Assembly: GCF_001194135.2 (NCBI RefSeq)
Contig: NC_068983.1
Span: 31,676,721-31,740,720 of the forward strand
Length of the DNA stretch: 64,000 bases
Direction of reading: 5' to 3'
Origin: Octopus bimaculoides
Lineage: Eukaryota
Below are positions 1 to 12,377 of the stretch, one piece after another. The notes under the pieces are model-generated. The model was not told the DNA's origin and did no database searches. It saw only the letters and a list, made by a program, of their open reading frames with translations. The translations under genes were made by a program, and so were the position numbers. Each line of letters starts with the position of its first letter. The stretch's first letter is position 1.

Positions 1-1339
1 AATTTCTTCTTTATAATATTTTCATCTACACTGTTTTGAACTGATTGACTTGTGATTTTCATTGAGTCTCTTATTCTTGGATATGACATCAATCTGAATT
101 CAAAGAAGACTCTTCTAAACCAAAAATCATAGCATTCTTAATCATATGCATGAATAGCCTAGTAAATATGAGCATTACTACTCTTACTTTAGAAGTAAAG
201 GTTTCAGTTTTATTCCATTTCTTGCAAAGATACTCAATTCTTTTGTTCAGCTTGCAATTAAGTTATCCTTAGGCACAGTATCTTTAATGAAAGCAGTAGT
301 AAGTTCAGAAAATACATAATGCTGATGTCAGGTATGGCCAAATCCATAAAACGTTTTCTTTACAATGATCCCACTAAGTTTGATTCCACTGAGTGACACC
401 ATGAACAAGTATTTTTCTATTGCCCTGGGCTGATCCAAGCTGTGTAAGTAAAACTGGGTAGAAGGCAATGGCAGAATCCCATCAGATATACTTATAATTC
501 AAAGGACTTGCCATGTCAAACACTACGTCACATTAATTCTGTTTGAGGATTACTTTAAGATGGCAAATATGAGTGGAATACCAACAAGCTCCTTTCCTTT
601 TAGGACTATCAGGGTGTGAATAAGCACTAAATGATTGGCATGGAATTTTCCTGGAAGAATACAAAGGTGGTTTCTTGTTGCCTTCCTTTGAGTATTTTTT
701 TTTACAAGATACCATCTTGTCAGCCAGACACAAACAAGTTTACTACACCTGCCTGAGCACTCAGAGCATAATGAGCCAAAAAAATATCCAAAAGCATTTT
801 TTCAACTTTCTAACAACTCAATTGCTCCTCCATCCTTGACAGGTACTTTATTTTATCAAACCCAGAAGGGTGGAAGACCAAGATGACATTGGTAAGATTT
901 GAATTAAGACTTAACCATAACAAATACTGCAAGGTATTTTATCCAATCCTCATACAATTCTGCCCATCTTGCACCTCCTCAAATATTCAGTCACTTACAC
1001 TATAGTTCAATGAAAGGTAGACCAGTTGATTGAACAAATGGACACTAATCATTGATATTGATGGTGTATCCATTTACTGCAGAAGTAATATATAATTAAC
1101 AGATGTTTTGTCAATCTGCATTGCTGGATTCATATCCTCTCATAAGCAGAACCTGTGAAAACCAAGCATCCTATTCAAGAGAAGTTGCTCCCAACAGCTT
1201 TGTTACTGGGAAAATAGATAAATATTTGAACACTGCAGTGCCTTCTGGTAATGGTAATAGATAAATAATAAAATTCTATCTTAAGAAAATATTCATTTTT
1301 CTAAGCAATCATGGGTTGGATTATTCTGTTACGTATCTT

Positions 1340-1685
1340 TTACTTGTTTCAGTCATTAGACTGTGGCCATGCTGGGGCACTGCCTTGAAGAATTTTTAGT
1401 CAAATGTATCAACCCCAGGACTTATTCTATTGGTTTCTTTTGCTGAACTGCTACATTACAGGGATGTAAACACACAAGCACTGGTTGTCATGTGGTGGTG
1501 AGGAGACAAACACAGACACAAAGATGCACACACACACACACAAAGATATACACATATACAATGGGCTTCTTTCAGTTTCTGTCTACCAGATCCACTCACA
1601 AGGCTTTGCTTGGCCCAATGCTACAGTAGAAGACACTTGCCTAAGGTGTCATGCAGTAGGACTGAACCCTGAGCTATGCCAGCAC
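1340..1685 (-). mobile_element. tRNA-derived SINE with internal (CA)n
   Basis: Colinear with the better-preserved copy at 40515-40900; boundaries approximate. Confidence 0.7.
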
Positions 1686-1904
1686 CTATATGAATTATGA
1701 TAGTATTTTTTTAACAACTTCATTATACTTAAACAACCAACTAAAATAAGTGAATATTTTTCAACAGGATAAGCTAGTGGTTATCAATTCATCATGTACT
1801 ATCCTTATTTTTAGGGAGATCAATGAAATCACAAACATTTGACAATCCTGTTTTCAAAATAAAAGTTGAACATTCACAAGGAGAAATCAGCACTGGAGAC
1901 TTAC

Positions 1905-2041
1905 TACTATTTGAACCTCGCCGAATTTTATCAAATTCTTTCCCAAAAATAATATCTTCAGTATAGGAACTAAAGTGGTCTTCTCCAAATGGATTCCAAT
2001 CAGAAATGTCCATTGATAATGGCCGAGAAAGATTGGGAGAC
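1905..2041 (-). CDS. AAK1: Exon: (R)SPNLSRPLSMDISDWNPFGEDHFSSYTEDIIFGKEFDKIRRGSNS(S)
   Basis: Acceptor tttttattctctag, donor gtaagt, 137 bp; WNPF motif; ends in phase 1, so the gene continues beyond this exon. Confidence 0.92.
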
Positions 2042-2698
2042 CTAGAGAATAAAAATGGATTAATTTAGTATATAACAGTAATTATCATTTTTATATTGAT
2101 TAAGATCAGAGGAAGTGAATGACAAGTTAAATGGCTATATTCCATTAAAATAATTATTACCAGTTTTTTAAGTGGGATGGGGATGAGCAGTAAGATTAAT
2201 ATAGAAAACTAAATACCAAAGTATTTAGTCCAACAATCTAGATTTTACTGATTACATGGAGCTAAATTAACAGCATTGTTATCTAATTTAGTGCTTTGTG
2301 ATTATGGTTTAAATTTCACAGGATTAATTTTTTCCCTTTTCATCTGAGAAGAAAACTAATACCAATGAAATATTTGGGCCAAATCAAATTCTTGCATTTC
2401 ATATGTAAATATACAATATTTCTTTTAATGTTATTTTAATCCTGTCTATATTTTCTATTTTCAAATTTTATTTTTAAATATAGCACGTTGTCATTTTAAA
2501 CAATATAGCACGATATTCATGTACCCATACCTTACATAATATAACTTATACATCGTCCTCTACAATATCAGAGTTATAATTGCTATTCTTGATACAACAC
2601 AAAAAAAAGTCCAAATGAAATTACGAAGCTTATAAGGTGAGATGAGAGTTCAAACATTGATTTCTTTGATTGACAGGCTGGTATATGTAGTCTGTTGT

Positions 2699-3082
2699 CA
2701 TAGCACTCTATTGGTTACGACGACGAGGGTTCCAGTTGAACCAATCAACGGAACAGCCTGCTCGTGAAATTAACATGTAAGTGACTGAGCACTCCACAGA
2801 AACGTGTATCTTTAACATAGTTCTCGGGAGAGATTCAGCATGACACAGAGTGTGACAAGGCTGGCCCTTTGAAATACAGGTATAACAGAAACAGGAAGAA
2901 AGAGTGAGAGAAAGCTGTGGTGAAAGAATACAGCAGGGCTCGCCACCACCTCCTGCCAGAACCTCATAGAGCTTTAGGTGTTTTCACTCAATAAACACTC
3001 AGAACGACCAGTCTAGGAATCAAAACCACAATCCTACGGCCATGAGTCCGCTGCCCTAACCACTGGGCCATTGTGCCTCCAC
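2699..3082 (-). mobile_element. tRNA-derived SINE with 10-bp target-site duplication
   Basis: Minus-strand head GTGGAGGCACAATGGCCCAGTGGTTAGGGCAGCGGACTCATGG...TTTTGATTCC (A/B-box-like); AGTCTGTTGT at 2689-2698 and 3083-3092. Confidence 0.8.
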
Positions 3083-3423
3083 AGTCTGTTGTAATATAGA
3101 ACTCGAGCATTCACTGCTTATCAAACAAAAAACAAGAACCAGAACTTGGTAAATGAAGAATTTAAAAACTCGCGTTTCCATGTGAATGAAAGATAGACTG
3201 AGCTACATATAAAACCTGCAAGGGAGGCAATTTGAAAAGGGATATTATGTAGTTTGTCTACTTGAGCAAACCTTTCATGAAGTGGTTCTTATTGAATACT
3301 CAGAAACTATCAGTAGATCTAGCACTTCTGACACGCCATGTTTCAGGTCTTGGATTGATCTGACATCATACAACAACCAGATGTATTTAGTCCAATGTTG
3401 CAGTCAAAGCATAATGTATGTAG

Positions 3424-3508
3424 TTGCAGTCAAGATATGATTGCAGTCAAGATATGATTGCAGTCAAGATATGATTGCAGTCAAGATATGATTGCAGTCA
3501 AGATATCA
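3424..3508. repeat. 17-bp tandem repeat x5 (TTGCAGTCAAGATATGA)
   Basis: Four perfect copies plus one with a single mismatch. Confidence 0.95.
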
Positions 3509-6500
3509 TGTATGACATATAGTATATCAGTTAGAAGGTATTCCATAGCGTACAGTGCAGCAGTCCAATAGGACATATTACAGAGAGTATGCTGTATAGA
3601 GTACAATTCGATGGGCAAGGGCAAGTTATGAGGAGTGCAGTTTGACAAAGAATATATTGTATAGTGTGACAGATACATAAAGTATAGTGTAACACTCAGA
3701 GTATGTTGTATGGGAATCAGAGAAACAGGATATGCTGTGTGAAGTATAATGTAGTATGTGTAGGGTATAATGCATGAAGTACAATTAAGATGTGCAAAGT
3801 ACACTTCGGCAGTCAGATATGTCGTTTGAAGTACAAAGGGGTAGTGAGAGTATGTGTGAAGTACAGTGATGATATGCTAGTTGACATATACTGTGGCTGT
3901 CAAAAATATACTGTTTTGTAACATGAAGAATGTGGGTTTGAGTATGTCAGAATGTTGTGTGAAGAGAAGTGTAATAATCAGGGCATATTGTACAGAATGC
4001 ATTGCAGTAATCAGCATATGTTACATTTATTTTTCTTTCTGGTAGGTTTATGAATAATCATTAAGCATAATTCTCTGGTGGGAAAGAAGGATTTTGTTAA
4101 TGTGTGAGTTAACACATTAACAGTTCAGACCTAGTAAGCAACTGGTGTTTCTTTTGTATTCGTAATCAGCTTCTGCTTATTTTCACAATTTGGATCCAAC
4201 CTCAACCCTGATATTCTCTAATTAACCACAAAGATTGTCACTTATCATGCCATGTATGAACTTCTAAAAAGCTAAAAGTGGTAAATCTTGTCTCACAAGA
4301 GAAAATAACTAAAAGTAAAAATATCAAATAAAGATGACCAAAAAGAATATAGAGAATCTGGTATCTAAAAATTGCCTGTACACACACCAATTGAAATGTG
4401 GAAATAACAAGCAAAACTTTTCAAAATAATAATAAAATAAATATTTTTTAAAAGAAATGTGACTAGTGTATGCAAATTGTTACATAAAGAAACAATAAGT
4501 AGAGCCCCAACCAGAATAATTCAAGACAAGACATACTGAATACTCTTGATCGCTTTGAAACTTAGCCTTTCCCAAACTACCACAGACTCTGCACCTATCA
4601 GATCATCCAACCACTGCCAAATTAAAGCAATAGTCAGATTTCAACAGTCTCACCATCTCATACATATACATGTGCAGAAATACTTCCAGTTACTTCAAAC
4701 CAACATTCAATGCCCATTCTATTACTCTCAAGTAGTACACACCAGGGCTAGCCCATCATCAAACTTTTCAATCATCCTTCTCTATCTACAGACATGCTAC
4801 AATGTGTTCCATCCCCAAGCAGGGAAATTTCACCATCCTGTCAACTACTAATCTATTATTCTTACTAGAAGTAATGGAAACAGTAATTAAGAAACAACAC
4901 CTCTTACACCTTGACGCTCTTTTCCTCATCTTTAATCATCAGTAAAACTTCTGTAGAGCCTGATTTACTGAGGTCATGTCATTCACTAGGGGCCACCATG
5001 ACCGTGGGTTGTTCAGTAAAAGCAATGCTACCATCCTTGACCTAAGTAAAGCTTCTGAACATGCTTGACATGAGAACCCCTCAGCTAAGCTCACTTGTCG
5101 CACTCTGTTTGCTTTTTTTTCTTCATCTGAAGCTGCCTGTCAGGCAGTACCATCATTCTGTGCACAAACAGAGCTCTCTCTGACCCAAACTATCAACTTT
5201 GATATGCATGTAAGATCTGGTTATGTTCTCCTACATTTTTCTTCCTCTATACTCACAATCTGATAGCTTTCACCTCTAATAATATTCCCAGCTATGCAAA
5301 TAATACTATTCTTCATTTAACATTACAAGCTAACAGAGTACCTATTCACAGTCAGATGGTTTGCATCAGTTGCACATAAGCATAGTGTCAATAACAGGAT
5401 GCCAACAAGAGGCTTTGACTCTAAGTATAAATCAGCATCCAAGGACTCTACATCTACATACCTATTCCCAACAGAGATGTAGAAAGTTATGTGTACTAAC
5501 CAAATATTTAAAGAAGCATATGCTATAGAATAGACTCGAAACTTATGAGTTGGTACTCAAATACTTTTTCCATTAAGCCTCCTCATAGCTACCAATATAC
5601 TTCATGTGGTGTGTTAGAACTATTGGTTGCTCTGGCTTAGTTTGTGAAGTGATAAATATTTTTTTAAAAGGAATGTGACTATTATACTAGTATATACAAA
5701 TTGTTACATAAAGAAACAAAAAGTAGAACCCCAACCAGAATAATTAAAGACAGGACATACTAAATACTCTCAAGCAGACCTAATGCATGCTGCAACTGAT
5801 TGATTGATTAATTAGTAGTAACTCCCAGGCGAAGATACATGGATATTCTATGTTGCAGTCACATGTGAAACTTCTCTGATGATAACATCTGAGGAGCCAT
5901 AGAAAGTTCTGAGTTGAGGATACGCAGTCAGACTCAGTAGAATGATAAACCACGGCTTTCTCTCTCATTACACTGTGTGTATTATAAGTAGTTTTGGTTA
6001 AAAAAAAGAAAGACAGGTGATCATGGCTAAATGCCTTTCATCAGAGCTGACCTGAGGTTAAACAACAACAAACAGTAAGATCTTATAAAATTAAGTGAGG
6101 GAAATTATAGAAGGTTTTCCCAAAGAAACAATAAAAGAAATTCTTCCAGTCTTGGAAATGCTACAAGACAATAGTCATAGCAAACATTGTTGTCAACTAT
6201 GCATGGCAGACTTAGTCTATTCCAAACCCATATAAAGCTGCTGGGCTAATTCAGTATATTAAACATTCGCAAGAGGAAAAAAAAGGCATACTTATCAAAT
6301 GCATAAAAATATATGAAAAACATATACTAAACCAAAGATAAAGATAATTGAGACACAAAGAACCACAACATTTGAAGTTCAAAAAAAATAATTACAAGCA
6401 AAAGGAAAAAGGTAATTTTTTTAAATATTCACAAACTGAAAATGACTTGTCCACAGATAGAATGAAGGAGGAAATAACTAAGAAAGCTTGCAGTTATCGT

Positions 6501-6880
6501 ATTAGACATAGACTATGAATACACTAACACATGCCAACTGACATCTACATGAAATTAGATATACTGATGCAAACAGGGAATATAACACTGGAAACATCTT
6601 TGAAAAATATTTAAACAAATTGAAGAAACTGTGTGTAAGGCTAAAGACAGCAGTTTTATAAGCATACATATATTATTTACATGTACACCTATGTAAACTA
6701 CAGTCATTAGTCTTACACATATATAGGCATACATATCTATATACATACGTATGTATACACACACAAATTATAGTATCCAGCAAATTTGTCAACAACAATT
6801 TGTCTAAATTATAATTAATCTTAAACAATTTGTTTGAAGTTTATGAAATTCATGTAAATTTATGTAAATGTTGCAGATAA

Positions 6881-7259
6881 TTTACATTATATACAACTGA
6901 TGGATATTTGTCCGCATCTTGTTTGTTGTTAACACATTTCAGCTGGGGAAAATTTCGAACCTGGGTTCTCATTCCTAAGGTATTTTTCGATGTTATTATT
7001 ATGGTTAAGAGCATGGGCTACTAACCCCAAGATTCAGAGTTTGATTCCAGGCAGTGACCTGAATAATAATAATAATAACATCGAAAAATACCTTAGGAAT
7101 GAGAACCCAGGTTCGAAATTTTCTCAAGACACTTGATGAAGGCTGGAGAGTATATCAGCCGAAACATGTTAACAACAAACAAGATGAGGACAAATATCTG
7201 TCAATTGTAAATAATGTAAATAATGTACATAATTCCTCATCCCTTAAATATAGAACTGT
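6881..7259. mobile_element. Inverted dimer A of a tRNA-head/hammerhead repeat
   Basis: 6881-7001 is the reverse complement of the 3' part of 7002-7260; flanked by ATGTTGCAGATAA at 6868-6880 and 7260-7272. Confidence 0.85.
7128..7170 (+). ncRNA. Decayed minimal type-I hammerhead ribozyme motif
   Basis: GACAC TTGATGA A GGCTG-gagagtatat-CAGCC GAAAC ATGTT: C3>T change and a 3-nt loss after GAAAC relative to sister copies. Confidence 0.65.
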
Positions 7260-8079
7260 ATGTTGCAGATAAATTGTCTAAAAACACAATTTATCTACAA
7301 CAATTTGTTTAAAATATAATTCATCTAAAAAAAATGTTTAATAACAAGAAACAACACCACGCACACAATCAGTCATACATCGCCACCCCAACTACTACAA
7401 CAACAACATGAATCTACTACCACTACCACTTACAATTTAATTGTGTAGAAAGCACTTTTATTTCAATTTTTAGAAGAATTATCTTTTAGAAAAATTGTTG
7501 TAGATGAATTGTACAACTAGATAAACCATTTTAGATAAACTGTGACTTGTACCACACTGAGGTCACAGAACCAACAAAGACTATTAGACTAAAGCTGCTG
7601 CAGTAGTCCAAAATAAAGTCTCTGAATCTGTCTGAGACAGGATGCCTGTTGTGTAGTATGGACCTACAGCATTTCTAAGATCCAGTCACAACATTACCAG
7701 GACCCTTTTGCTCATCTGGGCTTTGCTGAACAACTGGAATACCATGTCTAAGTATATAAGATGTCCTAGTACTTTCAAGAATTTTTTTTTTCTAAAACTT
7801 AGTTTTCATTATAGTTGCTCCTCAAGAACACTTCAGTTCTGAAAGTCACCTAGCAAAAGTGCTGAAAAATATATTCTCCCTCAACTTCAAATAGCAAGAA
7901 GATGCTGAACTGACTGATATTTTTTTACTCTTTTACCTTTGGAATTCATATCTGCATTGCATGTCTCAGTTGATGGACTACCTAACCCACCACCTCTACA
8001 TTACATTCAGGATTCTCTAGAACCTGTGGGCAGTTCTTATGTATCTTGTTAAGTATCCCACTCAATCTTTTTAGAACTT

Positions 8080-8640
8080 CATCATCATCATCATTTAACG
8101 TCCACTGTCCATGCTGGCATGGGTTGGATGGTTTGATAGAGCTGGCACACTGGAAAGTTGCACCAGACTCCAGTCTCATTTGGCAGATGGATGCCCTTCT
8201 ACAGATGGATGCCCTTCTACAGATGGATGCCCTTCTACAGATGGATGCCCTTCCTAACACTAACCACTCTGAGAGTGTAATTGGTGCTCTTACATACCAC
8301 TGGTAACTGCGATGACTGTGATTTTGCTTGGCTTGATGGATCTTCTTCAGCACAATATAATGCCAAAGGTATTGGTCATTGCCTTCGTGAGGCCCAACAC
8401 TCGAAAGGAACTCAGCCACTTTGCTTCTGTGAGGCCCAATGTTAAAAAGATGTTCTTTACATGCCACCAGCACAGGTGCATTTGGCTGACAAGTCCTCTC
8501 AAGCACAACACATCACCAAAGGTCTCAGTCACCAGTCATTGCCTCTGTGAGGCTCAAAGTTCTAAGACCATGCTTCACTACCTCATCCCATGTCTTCCTG
8601 AGTCTACCTCTACCACAGGCTCCCTCCACAGTTAGAGATC
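8080..8640 (-). mobile_element. RTE-type LINE 3' end(s) with (GAT)n tail
   Basis: Shares the GRGRPxKTW-like ORF end and the CATGGxxAGxGGACGTTAAA(TGA)n tail with the copy at 35925-37045. Confidence 0.75.
8184..8254. repeat. 18-bp tandem repeat x4 (CAGATGGATGCCCTTCTA) inside the LINE tail
   Basis: Direct reading; source of the QMDALL/RASIC repeats in the ORF track. Confidence 0.95.
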
Positions 8641-8689
8641 AGCACTTCTTTACACAGCTGTCCTCGTCCAACTTTCTTTTCAAATTTCA

Positions 8690-8935
8690 GAGCTAATGCA
8701 GGCAGAGTGTTGAACTCAAATTGAGGAGCGAACCTGTGGAAGGGGTAGACCCAAGAAGACATGAGACGAAGTGGTAAGAAAGGATCTTTGGACATTGGGC
8801 CTCACTGAACAAATGACAAGGGACCGAGAGTTGTGATTTACTGCCTCCTGTCAAACTGTCCAACCCATGCCAGCATGGAAAACAGTCACTAAACAATGAT
8901 GATGATGAGGATGAGGATGATGATGATAGAGTGGT
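8690..8935 (+). mobile_element. RTE-type LINE 3' fragment
   Basis: acctgtggaaggggtagacccaagaagacatg ... gcatggaaaacag..(gat)n. Confidence 0.7.
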
Positions 8936-10234
8936 CTAGATGTCAGTCCATGAATTTGTTACTGAAGGTGTCTCTGAAATAGCTATTACTCCTCACCTTC
9001 TTCAGTTGCTATGTCAAGCTGAAGTTCCTACCTGAGGTAGTGGATCTTCTTGACCCTGTTGTTCATAGAGTAGCTATGATTCACTGCTCGTCTTTCCTTT
9101 AACTTGAACCTCTCAGTTGCTAGATAGGTAATGGTGGTCACTGTCTACATGTGAAAATTAACATCAGCTTTGGTCACTGTTTTCAAGATGGAATTAATGA
9201 GTTTGTCATTAGTTTCAAGCTCTGTTATACTGGATAGGTCTAGGGTTTGTAACATCTGAAACTTTTAGGAACTGCAAGTTAACTCTAGGCCTGATTCCCA
9301 CTGCATTTCACCAGGGTTGGTTAATATATACCGTGACATTTACACAGTTTGCAAACATTTCATCCTGAGCTGAGGAATTTTTAGGCCATGCTCATAGAGA
9401 ACTAGCTGCAATGCCATAAGTCACTAAGCACTAGAGTGACAAACTGAGATTTTTGTCCGACTCACTCTCTAAGGATGTGTGTGCGTATGGAGGAGATGAC
9501 AAAGAACTGAGATAACTGGCACCCTGCTATGCTTGAGAAGGCCTGTCCACCACCACAGAATTGATATCCTAAAATCAGCTTTGTAAATCCTTTCACATGT
9601 GGAGCTCTGTCCCACCTCCATTTTCAAGCTTCCCACTTCCCACCTCTGTATCTCTAATACTCATCACTTCTCCATCTCTGGTATTTAGTAAAGTATCATA
9701 GTCACCTGAGAGCAGCCTAGGTTTATACATACCCTCTCTTTCCCTACTTTCCTCTTTCTTCCCCCACCCCAGATCCACTTCCACTTATTATCTTCCTCAA
9801 ACCATACTTTCACCTTTCTGCTATAACACCTCTTATTTGCTATCACTCCCAATGTCCTCATATATCTAACATAACACATACAAGCCACTCCTATATCTCT
9901 TACCATCAATTACTACAACCACCTCTATCCCATCTGATCATCTCTCCTCACATTCTACTGAAAATTTCCTCTCTTTCCCTGCTGCTCACTTACCCAGTCC
10001 AATCTTCTGCATCACTTCACCTATAATCACCCCAACCACCACTGTACCTTGAGGGTATGTTCTAACACATATCCATCACCATCTCTCTCACTCTCTTCAT
10101 CTTTCTCTCCATTCTCAACTGGAGTACCCTCGTATCTCTTCTACAGCAAGACATCTATCTCTATTCCTCTATTGTTTCATCAACTATCACAAAGCCACCA
10201 CTCTCTGTATCACCACACACACACACACACACAC

Positions 10235-10908
10235 AGAGTCAAGGGAACTCTGTCTTGCAAGTTACTTGGTGACTGGTGCTGGTGCCACAACAAAAGTAGT
10301 CAGTACACAGTAAAGTGGTTGGCTTTAGGAAGGGCATCCAGCTGTAGAAGTCAAGCCAAAACAGACTAGACTTTGGCACAGTCCTCCAGCTTGCCAGCTC
10401 TTGTCAAACTGTCCTACCCATCCCAGCATGGAAAACAGATATTAAATGATGATGATGATGTTTTGCTGAAGAGGAGGTAACCATGTACCTCCTCTACTGC
10501 AAGACACTTGTTTCTGTCTTTCTGTTACACTCTAACCTTTCATCATCTGACACAAGATCACCTCCTCCAATGCCCCTCTCCTCTCAAAGGATGTCTGTCT
10601 TGCAAGTTACTTGGAGAGTCTGCCAGTGTTGGGGGCCACATAAAAAGCATCCAGTTCACACTGTAAAGTGGTTGGCATTTGGAAGGACATCCAACTGTAA
10701 AAATCATGCTGAAACTGACCTCGCCTGTGCAAGTGCCATGTAAAAAGCAATCGGTCCATTCTGCAGGGTGGTTGGTCTTTACAAAGAGCATCCAACAGTA
10801 AAAACTGTGCCAAAACAGACACAGAAGTCCGGTGCAGTTTTCTGCCTGAGCAGCTCCTGTCAAACCGTCCAACTCATGCCAGCATAGAAGGCAGACAAAC
10901 GATGATGA

Positions 10909-10910
<2 letters not shown>
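10235..10910 (+). mobile_element. Two RTE-tail-type repeat fragments ending in (GAT)n
   Basis: Tail motif at about 10420-10460 and 10865-10910; second copy followed by (AT)n. Confidence 0.65.
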
Positions 10911-10948
<38 letters not shown>

Positions 10949-11701
10949 CTTTTTCATATAATGTGTTGGATGAATATTTTGAGACAGTGTTTTATGGTCA
11001 GATGTTCTTTCTGTTGGTAAACTTCATATTTTATGATATGCAAGGGTATGGTATGTCCAAGAGAATAAATAGAAGAGTGTCGATACCCTTTACATGAAAA
11101 ACAAGTAAGAGTTAGCAACAGGAAGGTCACCTGAGTGTAAAACAATGCTTCAATAATATATTTATCTAACCCATGCTAAATGGGGAAAAAAGGTAAAAAT
11201 ATACAAAAAATACGTAGAAATCTTCCCACATCTCCTTTCACATGCTCCATTCACTTTGAGCACACAGCATTTCTTAAACAGCTCACCTCCTCCATATGCA
11301 TGATGTCCCCCCATACCAATACAGTCTTCTATCTTTCACACTACATCTGATTCCTCTTACATATACATTTATAAATACAATATAGCTGAATGGCTGAGAA
11401 ATTCGCATTGCAATCACAAGGTCCTAGGCTGATTCTTATTGTGTTGCATCTCTGGCAAGGATCACCTCAAGGTGATCCATGCCTATTGAGTCAAATTGAG
11501 TAGACAGAAACTGTGTAGAAGCTTGTCAGATGGATTGTACAGGTAATTAAGTGGTCTACCCTTGTCACTGCATTATGCTGACTCTGCTTGAGCATTACAT
11601 TAAGGGTACATTGTGAAATACTCAACCACTAGTCCAGCTGATTGAAGAAGTGATAACTTATGGTTGGAAATTTCAACTGATATCCATTTATTTTCACATG
11701 T

Positions 11702-11704
11702 GTA

Positions 11705-11766
<62 letters not shown>
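11702..11766. repeat. (AT)n microsatellite
   Basis: Direct reading; others near 10910, 35905, 41965 [(AT)n(AC)n], 47160, 51965 and 52289. Confidence 0.95.
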
Positions 11767-11769
<3 letters not shown>

Positions 11770-12275
11770 AGTATGTTGATATTCTTTCGTACAAAATTAT
11801 AGGTCCTCAATACACAGTCGCAGATATGTATGCATAGTACAGTAACTAGAATTACAAATTCAAATCAAAATTCTTCAATAAGAAGTTGATTGTATAAAAC
11901 TTTTAGATATGAGTTTGTAATCCTACTAGTATACATACAAATAAACATGGCTCTTTGACTATATTGCATAGCAGATAATATGTTGCAGAAAATGTGTAAC
12001 GTGCCAACAGCCTGACTAAAGTGATTATCAAATGTGCAGAAGATATAATTCTACATATGCTATCATGCAGATGGTGGTAATCCACAGATGATGCAATTAA
12101 ATCTTAAGTGCAGCTTAAATGTTTTGCCACAAAACTAAACAATTACTGCAGGCAGTTTCCAGATAGCATCCTGGAATTTTAAGAATAGTTGACTTAAGTA
12201 TACCTTGGTCTAGAGAGGATGTAAAGAGTTTACATCAGTCAAGAAAGGTGCAAAGCTAGCTACAGTATTGCCTAC

Positions 12276-12377
12276 CTGGAAGGTGAGTGCACAGGAGAAG
12301 TGCTTGCGGATTTAGACTTATCATCATGTCCAGGTGTATCCAACAAATTACCAGAACCACTGCCACCGCTGTATGCC
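12276..12377 (-). CDS. AAK1: Exon: (R)AYSGGSGSGNLLDTPGHDDKSKSASTSPVHSPS(R)
   Basis: Acceptor tttgatttcag, donor gtaggc, 102 bp, phase 2-2; KSKSASTSP resembles AAK1 KSKSATTTP. Confidence 0.88.

Noticed and set aside
533-733. 66-aa minus ORF as the next NAK exon
   Set aside because: No recognisable NAK motif or convincing phase-1 splice pair.
3315-3385. Minus-strand TATGATGTC...GACCTGAAACATG as another hammerhead
   Set aside because: No CTGA core, only a 3-bp stem II and no stem I.
7002-7060. tRNA-like sequence as a real tRNA gene (also 50085-50133 and 50264-50315)
   Set aside because: No acceptor stem pairing; it is the head of a repeat.
7560-8070. Minus-strand LLLGDF motif near 7850 suggesting a LINE endonuclease remnant
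   Set aside because: One short motif in a broken frame; too weak to call.
7982-8506. 174-aa ORF with RASIC repeats
   Set aside because: Product of an 18-bp tandem expansion inside a LINE tail.
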